From: Propionibacterium freudenreichii subsp. freudenreichii
Lineage (GTDB): Bacteria; Actinomycetota; Actinomycetes; Propionibacteriales; Propionibacteriaceae
DNA length: 32,000 nt
Direction: 5' to 3'
Assembly: GCF_000940845.1 (NCBI RefSeq)
Contig: NZ_CP010341.1
Location: forward strand, 2,100,001-2,132,000
Part shown: piece by piece, positions 25,996 to 32,000 of the stretch
Layout: every line of letters starts with the position of its first letter
How positions within the stretch are numbered: position 1 is the first letter of the stretch
The notes under the pieces: generated by a model
Databases searched by the model: none
Told to the model about the DNA's origin: nothing
The model's input: only the letters and a program-made list of their open reading frames with translations
Translations under genes and position numbers: made by a program

Positions 25996-27500
25996 TCAGG
26001 CCAGTTGCCTGCTGCGTCGATGCGAGCGCACCAGCACCACGGTGGCCACGCCGATGATCGCCAGGCCCACGATGATGAACACCAGGGTTCCGGTGCCACC
26101 GGTCATCGGCAGCTGGAAGCCGACGTTGTGCTTCACATTGGTGACGGAGACCTGGTTCGTCAGCTGGTCCACCACCACCTGCACGGGCTCGGCCTGCAGC
26201 TCGTAGCCGTCGGGCGCCTTGATCTCACCCAGCCAGTACTCGTTGTAGCCCGGTTCACCGGATGCCACCTGGGCGTTGTTGGCGAAGTCCGAATAGCGCA
26301 GTGAGGCGATGATGGCCTTGCCCTGGTCATCGGTGGTCCAGGAGTCGACGCCGTCGATGGTCAGCCAGTTGGTGCCGGCCTTGGCGTCGGCGGCGTGGGA
26401 TACACGCGGAACTGGGCGCCTGCCAGCATGGTGGTGCCGGCGTCCTTCTTGGTGATCTCGATGTTGCCCCACTTGGTCACCGGGGGATCGGCCACCGAGA
26501 CACCGCTCTGGGGATCGCCCGGATCAACCGACATCGAGGGAAACAGCCTGGCGTCGTTGAGGATGATGCCGTCACCGATGTCACCCGCCACCTTGGTGGA
26601 GACGTCGACCTGCACCTGCACCGAGTTGTCTGCGCTCTTGGCCTGCCACAGCTTCGCGAGGCCCGCCGGGGTGAAGGTGACCGCCAGTGCCGTGGTGCCC
26701 TGGGCCGGCGTGATCACATAGTCCTCAGGCGCCAGCGCAACCTGCCCCTTGCTCAGCTTGACGGTGGCCGAGACGTAGTCCAGACGAGAGTCGAATGCGT
26801 CGGTGATCACATACCTGTCGGTCGCGCCGGTGCTGGGGATGTCGCCCAGGATCGTCCAGTTCACCGGGTCACCGAGCACCTTGGCCGCGGCGTCGTCGAC
26901 GGTCTTGGTGATCGACGACTTGGCGTTCTTCGGGTAGACGTGCACCGTGTACAGCCACGCATTGAGGTCCGTGGGATGGGTGAGCGGCAGGGTCACCACG
27001 AAGTCGGGTGAGGGGGTGAGGCCGCTCGCCAGCTGCTCGGGGGTGAGCTTCTCCTGCACCAGGTAGCCACCCAGCGGCAGGCCGGTGAAGCTGGCCAGGC
27101 CAGCGGCGTTGGTCGTCTGGGAGCTGCCGGCCACGTTCTGCGTGGCGGTTCGCGCCTGGTCGACGGTCATCGCCGCCAACGCGTCCCATCCCGCCTGGGT
27201 GGTCAGGTCGATGCCGGGGATCTGCTTGACCACGAACTCGATACCACCCAGCGGGTCGCCGGTCACATTGGCCTGCTCCAGGCCGTTGCCCGGCGTCGGC
27301 GTGCCGGTGGGATTCACCCGCTTGTTGACGTTCAGGGTTCCGGTGGCGCCCGGGTCGATCGTGGCCGGATTACCCACGTCGGCCGCAGAGGCCCGGCTGG
27401 CGCCGAACATCGCCAGGGATGCCATGACCATCGCCACGACGCCGGCACCGAATCTGCGCCACCACCGCGTTCTTCTCGTCAGTGTCGTTGTCATTCTCAT
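25996..27500 (-). pseudogene. Major pilin (SpaA/FimA-type, LPXTG-anchored) split by a frameshift
   Basis: ORF 26361-27500 carries the signal peptide (MRMTTTLTRRTRWWRRFGAGVVAMVMASLAMFGASRASA) and the pilin motif WLYTVHVYPKN. ORF 25996-26472 is in another frame. It carries the E-box-like YWLGEIKAPDGYEL and the sorting signal LPMTGG plus a TM segment plus RSHRRSR. Sense is lost or regained around 26390-26405 (GAQFRVY / AADAKAGTNW). Confidence 0.8.
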
Positions 27501-30388
27501 CTCATTTCCTTGTCGGACAGCGGGTCACCGGGACTCGCTGCGGCGGGGTGGGACAGCCGGGAGCGCATTGCCCCGGCAGCCGACGCGGTGGCGATGATCG
27601 CCAGGCCGGCAAGTACATAGGTCAGTGGCGAGGTGCTGCCGCCCGCCCAGGGCAGCTGGACGGCACGCTCGTCGCGCACATGGAGGGTGAATCCGTCGGC
27701 GGATGCCCAGGTGAGCTCCTGCCGGGGGGTGTCGATCCTGCCCAGCGGCAGGGCGGTGGTGCCGGAGACCACGGTGAACGGCACAGCGGCGGGCAGCAGG
27801 GCATGGCCGGGCAGCGACCTGGTCTCCACCAGCCAGAAGTTCCCGGTGGGCAGGCCGGTGACGTCGAAGCGTCCCACGCCTGCGGTGGGGTTCACGACGA
27901 CGCCGGGCACCAAGCCACCGGGACGACCGCCGTCATCGAGGCGGATCTCGTAGTCGGCGCCATCCATGGGCGTCGGCTCGGCTGCCCCCGGATGGGCATA
28001 GCCGGATTTCTGCAGGTGGAAGACCAGCGGGTCGTTGGCGATGGCGACTGAGGGCGCCAGGTGGGTGGCGGTGACGGTCAGCTCGGTGGATCCCTGGGCG
28101 AGTGCATGGCCCGAGGGGGCCTCGGTCTCGACGAGTCGATGGCTGCCCCATGGTTGGTTGGTCACCACGAAGCGTCCCGGAGTCGGGTCGGTGTCGGCGC
28201 CGGCGTAGCCCGGCTGGCCGGTGTTGTCGACGACCGCCAGTTGCGCTCCCCCGGGTGCGGTCAGCTGCCACCCGGAGCCGGCGAGCAGGTCAGAGGACTG
28301 GCTGGTCTTGGTCCAGGTGAGCGTGCCGGGCTGCACGCTGTTGTGCAGCTGGCAGGTGACCTGCTGGCCGGCAGCCAGGGACCACTGGTAGGCCTCGCCC
28401 AGCTCCGGACGGGCCGGATCGACCGGCTCGCGGCGAAGCGTCTGGGCCGTTCCGCCCAGGGGCGTGCAGGTAATGCCCGTGAGCTCATATCCGGGCTGGG
28501 GCGCCTCGTCGAGCAGGTAGGTCTGGGCACCCAGGGAACGGGTCTGCCCGGAGGTGAAGTCGGTCCAGGCGGCGTTCGGATTGGCCATGAAGGCTTGCCT
28601 GCTGATGGCCCGGAGTGTCCAGGCGGTGGGATCGGTGGGTGCCCCGTAGTGCGGCTGCGGGAAGTCCTTGGTCGTGGTGAGCTTGCCGAGGTTGGGCACG
28701 TTGGTGAACTGGCAGGACGCGGCCGTACCCGCCAGCACGTACACGGTGGCGACCGGCCCCGTGCCGCTGCTGGTGTCGCTCGTCGTGCCGGTGCACTGCC
28801 AGGTGGTGAGGTAGCCAATCGGATCGCCGCTGGGCATGGTCTGGGTGAGGGTGACGGCCTGGGTGCTGAGCACCATGAGTGGACCGGCGGTCTGCGGCTG
28901 CACGCCGGTGGCGGTGCCGGAGGTGGTGAGGCTCGTGGCGGTGGCGTCGCCCTTGTGCACCGCGACGCTGAACTGGTCGGTGGGCAGGTTGCGTCCCTGC
29001 GGCAGGTTCTCGGTGACCGTGAGCGTGGGAGGCAGTGAGCAGCTGGCAAGGTCGCTGAGGCGCGAGCCCGGGGCGGAGCCACCGACGGAGGTGGCCACCG
29101 TGCCGAGCAGTTGCCAGCTGACCGGGTCGTAGCGGTAGACGGAGGTGGCGTCGCTGACGAACAGCGTGCCGTCGGCGCTGGTGGCCATGCCGGTGAGGCC
29201 GGTACCGGAGGCCCCCGCGGGCACCGGGATCTCCACGGCGCGGTTGGCGATCGGCATCAGTGAGTTGGCCGGCACCGTGATGAGTTGCACCTTGATCGAG
29301 CGTCCGCCGGGCATGGTCGGGTTCACCTTGGGCTGTGTGGACGCCAGGATGTACATGTTCCCGGCGGCGTCGAAGGCGATGTCGCCCTCCAGGCCGCGGC
29401 TGCCGGCGAAGTAGTCGGACTCCGGATTGCCGGTGGTCGCGTCGGAGGCGAAGTCGGGCAGGGGGATCGTCCCGATGGTGCGCCAGGCACCGTTGAGGCC
29501 GCCCGGCTTGTAGCTCGACAACCTGAAGGACATGGCCCCGCCCACGGTGCCGCTGGCCTCGAACGAGCCGAAGTAGAGCTGGCCGACGTCCGCACCGGTC
29601 GGCACGACGGCGCCAGCGGCCAGCGGCCGCTTCCCGCCGGGGCCATAGGTGGCGCGGGTCTGCGCCGACCACTTGTTGAGGACGAGCTGGGCATTCTGGT
29701 CGTAGTTGAACGACCGCGCGACGTCCAGGCCCTGCAGGGACGCAATCCCGTAGTTGGTGTCCGCAGCCGTGCTGTTACCGCGTTCCAGTGAATAGGCCGT
29801 CGTCCCGCCGGCGCCGATGCCGAAGGGCCCCATCCCCCACCTCGTCGGGTCGGTGCCGCTGCCCCACTGACGCGTGTTGGACGTCCACAACCCGGAGTTT
29901 CCGGCGGCGAATCCCGGGGCGTTGACCGGGGTGGTGACGGCGTTGGTTGAACTGACCTGCTTGATGGTGCCGTCCTCCGCCGCCGTGTAGACGTACCCGG
30001 GGGTGCAGTCGAAGGCGCCGGTCGCGCGCGTGTCGGCTGCGGGCGCTGGCGACGCAGTGGGCGCGCCGGTGGTCGCCGGCCCCGGCGCGCGGCCAGCCTC
30101 CGAGGGCTCCCGATCAGGTGTCGCACCGGGCGCTGCCGTGGGTAGGCCGCCGGTCGGCGCCGGCGTCACCGATGCGGCTGATGCCGGTGCCGGCGTTGGC
30201 GCGGGCGATGCCTGCGCGGCACCACCGTCCACCGCGACACCGGCGAACAGCACCGCCGAGACCAATCCGGCCACCCGGACCGCCATGCGACCACGACGGC
30301 GCCGTGAGCCGCCGGGGTCCCCGTCACGCAGGCGAGCCCGCGGGGCGGCGCCGGGGGTGGCGTCCGATCTGCGATGGTGAGCCATCAT
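27497..30388 (-). CDS. Large pilus-tip/surface adhesin with C-terminal CnaB/SpaA-type domains and a non-canonical LPWAG sorting signal
   Basis: GAAGGA RBS before ATGATG (30383-30388). Signal-like segment: MAVRVAGLVSAVLFAGVAVDGGAAQA. P/A/T-rich linker. The roughly 350-400 aa N-terminal module contains GDIAFDAAGNMYILAS and ADGTLFVSDATSVYRYDP. C-terminal E-box-like motifs: HRLVETEAPSGHAL and FWLVETRSLPGHAL. C-terminus: LPWAGG, a hydrophobic helix, then a basic tail. Its stop overlaps the pilin start (ATGA). Confidence 0.78.
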   Translation of the reverse strand: MMAHHRRSDATPGAAPRARLRDGDPGGSRRRRGRMAVRVAGLVSAVLFAGVAVDGGAAQASPAPTPAPASAASVTPAPTGGLPTAAPGATPDREPSEAGRAPGPATTGAPTASPAPAADTRATGAFDCTPGYVYTAAEDGTIKQVSSTNAVTTPVNAPGFAAGNSGLWTSNTRQWGSGTDPTRWGMGPFGIGAGGTTAYSLERGNSTAADTNYGIASLQGLDVARSFNYDQNAQLVLNKWSAQTRATYGPGGKRPLAAGAVVPTGADVGQLYFGSFEASGTVGGAMSFRLSSYKPGGLNGAWRTIGTIPLPDFASDATTGNPESDYFAGSRGLEGDIAFDAAGNMYILASTQPKVNPTMPGGRSIKVQLITVPANSLMPIANRAVEIPVPAGASGTGLTGMATSADGTLFVSDATSVYRYDPVSWQLLGTVATSVGGSAPGSRLSDLASCSLPPTLTVTENLPQGRNLPTDQFSVAVHKGDATATSLTTSGTATGVQPQTAGPLMVLSTQAVTLTQTMPSGDPIGYLTTWQCTGTTSDTSSGTGPVATVYVLAGTAASCQFTNVPNLGKLTTTKDFPQPHYGAPTDPTAWTLRAISRQAFMANPNAAWTDFTSGQTRSLGAQTYLLDEAPQPGYELTGITCTPLGGTAQTLRREPVDPARPELGEAYQWSLAAGQQVTCQLHNSVQPGTLTWTKTSQSSDLLAGSGWQLTAPGGAQLAVVDNTGQPGYAGADTDPTPGRFVVTNQPWGSHRLVETEAPSGHALAQGSTELTVTATHLAPSVAIANDPLVFHLQKSGYAHPGAAEPTPMDGADYEIRLDDGGRPGGLVPGVVVNPTAGVGRFDVTGLPTGNFWLVETRSLPGHALLPAAVPFTVVSGTTALPLGRIDTPRQELTWASADGFTLHVRDERAVQLPWAGGSTSPLTYVLAGLAIIATASAAGAMRSRLSHPAAASPGDPLSDKEMR

Positions 30389-31158
30389 CGATCCTTCGGT
30401 CGGTGCAAGGTTCGTCGTTGACTCTACAAACCGGAATCAGCCCCGGGACCACCGCCCCCCGATTAGGGGAATCACCGGTTCCGCGCCATCGATCCCTCAT
30501 GGAAGCCCCCACACCGGCGGCCGTCGAGAACACCGCACCACGCCATCGGTAATCCAGCACTGCGTGATATCGAATGCATCGGATAACCAGATTCCCCCTC
30601 GCGGAAATTCCATTTCCGGGCAGCATGCACCCCGAGAAGTGAACACCGTCATCGCGCACCGCACCGGCGATCTGCGCCCGGACCCCGCCGTCCACGAACC
30701 CACCACTTTGCACTGAGTGCAGTTCTCTCGTCGGGGTCACAACCCCCGGAAAAATACCGGCGTTTCCTGCGGGCAGGCACCGGTTTCCGCTTGTTGTGGG
30801 GCCCATGGCAACGAGCTCTTGCGCGAGACCCGGGGCTCCACCTGAGAACCGGATGCCCCCAGCCACTCCTGCGCCCGGCTGGGTGCACGCCACGCCTGAC
30901 ATCACGCTAAGAGAATCCCAGCATCGCCATGACGCCCCGCCCGCCGAATGCCCGCACCGCGCCAGCCGCCATGCCAAGCCCCGCACAATCCACGGCGCGG
31001 GCCGCCATTGCCTTGTCACAATAACCCACCAGAATGCGCGACGAATCACCACGCCACTTCTCCTGATAGGCTCGCAGCATCCATGACAGAAACAAGGCCC
31101 ATGACATTGCCCGCCCGCGGGACGATAACCGCGCACCAACGAGGTGGTGGTGTCATAG

Positions 31159-32000
31159 CGTCGAAGCAACACTCCCGGTCGGCGGGGGTCTGATCGGTGG
31201 AGTGTGCGGATGGCGCGGGTGGGGTTGTCGTTCAGTGACAGGTCGGAGATCTCGACGGCCTCGAAAGCGGGCTGGTCGGTGCGGAGGATCGCCCGTCACC
31301 TGGGGCGTTGCCCGTCGGTGATCTTGCGGGAGCTTCACCGGAACTCGACGAAGACCCGCGGCTACCAGGCCGTGACCGCAGACGTCAGAGCGCAGCGTCG
31401 GCGGGCTCGCCCGCAGCAGCGGAAGGTCGCGGGGGATCCGGTGCTGCAGGCGAGGGTGGAGGCGGATCTGGCCGCGTCGTGGACGCCGAACGAGATAGCG
31501 GGCCGGTTGCGTCTGGAGGCGACAGACCCGACCGTTGAACGCATGGCGAACTCTGCTGACGCACGCGGCCGAACCGTCTCCGGTGAGGCTATCTACCAGT
31601 ACATCTACGCAATCCCGAAGGGTGAGCTCGCCCGCAAGGGCATCTTCCTGCAGTCCAAGCGGACCAAGCGCCGACCACGTACGACCGGGCGGACGCGCGG
31701 TGGCCCAATCGTAGGTATGGTCCCGATCGCGGAGCGAGGTGAGGACGCCGCCCAGCGTCGGGTGCCGGGGCACTGGGAGGGTGACCTGATCATCGGGAAG
31801 AACGGCACCTCGTGCGCGGCGACGCTGGTGGAGCGGATGAGCGGGTTCACCGGGCTGCTGGCCCTGTCCTCGAAACACGCCGAGCCAACCGCTGACGCGG
31901 TCATCGAGTTTTTCAACGACTTGCCCGAGATGATGAAGGCATCGTTGGCGTGGGACCAGGGCAGCGAGATGGCCCAGCACGCGAAGGTCTCCCTGGCCAC
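31159..32000 (+). mobile_element. IS30-family insertion sequence, partial (left end approximate)
   Basis: The transposase reading frame opens after the stop at 31156-31158. The terminal inverted repeat cannot be defined without the right end. Confidence 0.6.
31210..32000 (+). CDS. IS30-family transposase (3' end beyond the window)
   Basis: Absent from the ORF track because it has no stop in the window. Manual translation from ATG 31210 gives MARVGLSFSDRSEISTASKAGWSVRRIARHLGRCPSVILRELHRN...WTPNEIAGRL...VSGEAIYQYIYAIPKGELAR...RRVPGHWEGDLIIGKNG...AWDQGSEMAQH. This is the typical IS30 layout of an HTH followed by a DDE catalytic region. Confidence 0.85.
   Translation, partial: MARVGLSFSDRSEISTASKAGWSVRRIARHLGRCPSVILRELHRNSTKTRGYQAVTADVRAQRRRARPQQRKVAGDPVLQARVEADLAASWTPNEIAGRLRLEATDPTVERMANSADARGRTVSGEAIYQYIYAIPKGELARKGIFLQSKRTKRRPRTTGRTRGGPIVGMVPIAERGEDAAQRRVPGHWEGDLIIGKNGTSCAATLVERMSGFTGLLALSSKHAEPTADAVIEFFNDLPEMMKASLAWDQGSEMAQHAKVSLA

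Noticed and set aside
25467-26099. 210-aa minus-strand ORF overlapping the 3' end of the pilin gene and the terminator hairpin.
   Set aside because: It is out of frame with the LPMTG-bearing ORF, has no motifs and no third-position bias, and crosses the hairpin.
31153-31980. 275-aa minus-strand ORF at the window end.
   Set aside because: It is antisense to a clear IS30-family transposase frame on the plus strand (HWEGDLIIGKNG and related motifs). That plus-strand frame is missing from the track only because it lacks a stop within the window.

Overview
High-GC actinobacterial chromosomal DNA. G+C looks like roughly two-thirds by eye, with very strong third-codon-position G+C. Gene content looks Propionibacteriaceae-like, but that is an unverified impression. 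All calls rest on manual reading of the ORF translations and DNA; no search or fold computation could be run.

Left third (1-11.8 kb), core genome: a GH2 glycosidase, a thioredoxin, then the conserved cell-shape and Ser/Thr-signalling cluster fhaA-fhaB-pstP-rodA-pbpA-pknB. This run is mostly translationally coupled and is followed by a second, PASTA-less Ser/Thr kinase.

Middle (12-23.7 kb), housekeeping:
- galK.
- A feoA-feoB-nfu-like operon with a DtxR/IdeR-type iron-box candidate upstream.
- A LytR_C-domain protein.
- An operon of a very acidic, disordered membrane protein plus a K+/H+ antiporter.
- tRNA-Ser(CGA), tadA and its actinobacterial partner protein, and upp.

Right third (23.7-32 kb), accessory-looking:
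- A sortase-dependent pilus islet on the minus strand: a 963-aa tip adhesin, a frameshifted major pilin and a class C sortase.
- The islet is interrupted by about 1.4 kb of low-coding DNA. This DNA holds a compact small-ORF unit with promoter-like hexamers, an operator-like repeat, an RBS, 100 codons and a hairpin.
- About 0.8 kb of non-coding leader lies upstream of the adhesin.
- An IS30-family transposase runs off the window end.

I found no CRISPR array, no recognisable defence system and no convincing novel multi-gene system. The best second-look candidates are the atypical pilus islet and its internal spacer, followed by several candidate regulatory repeats.
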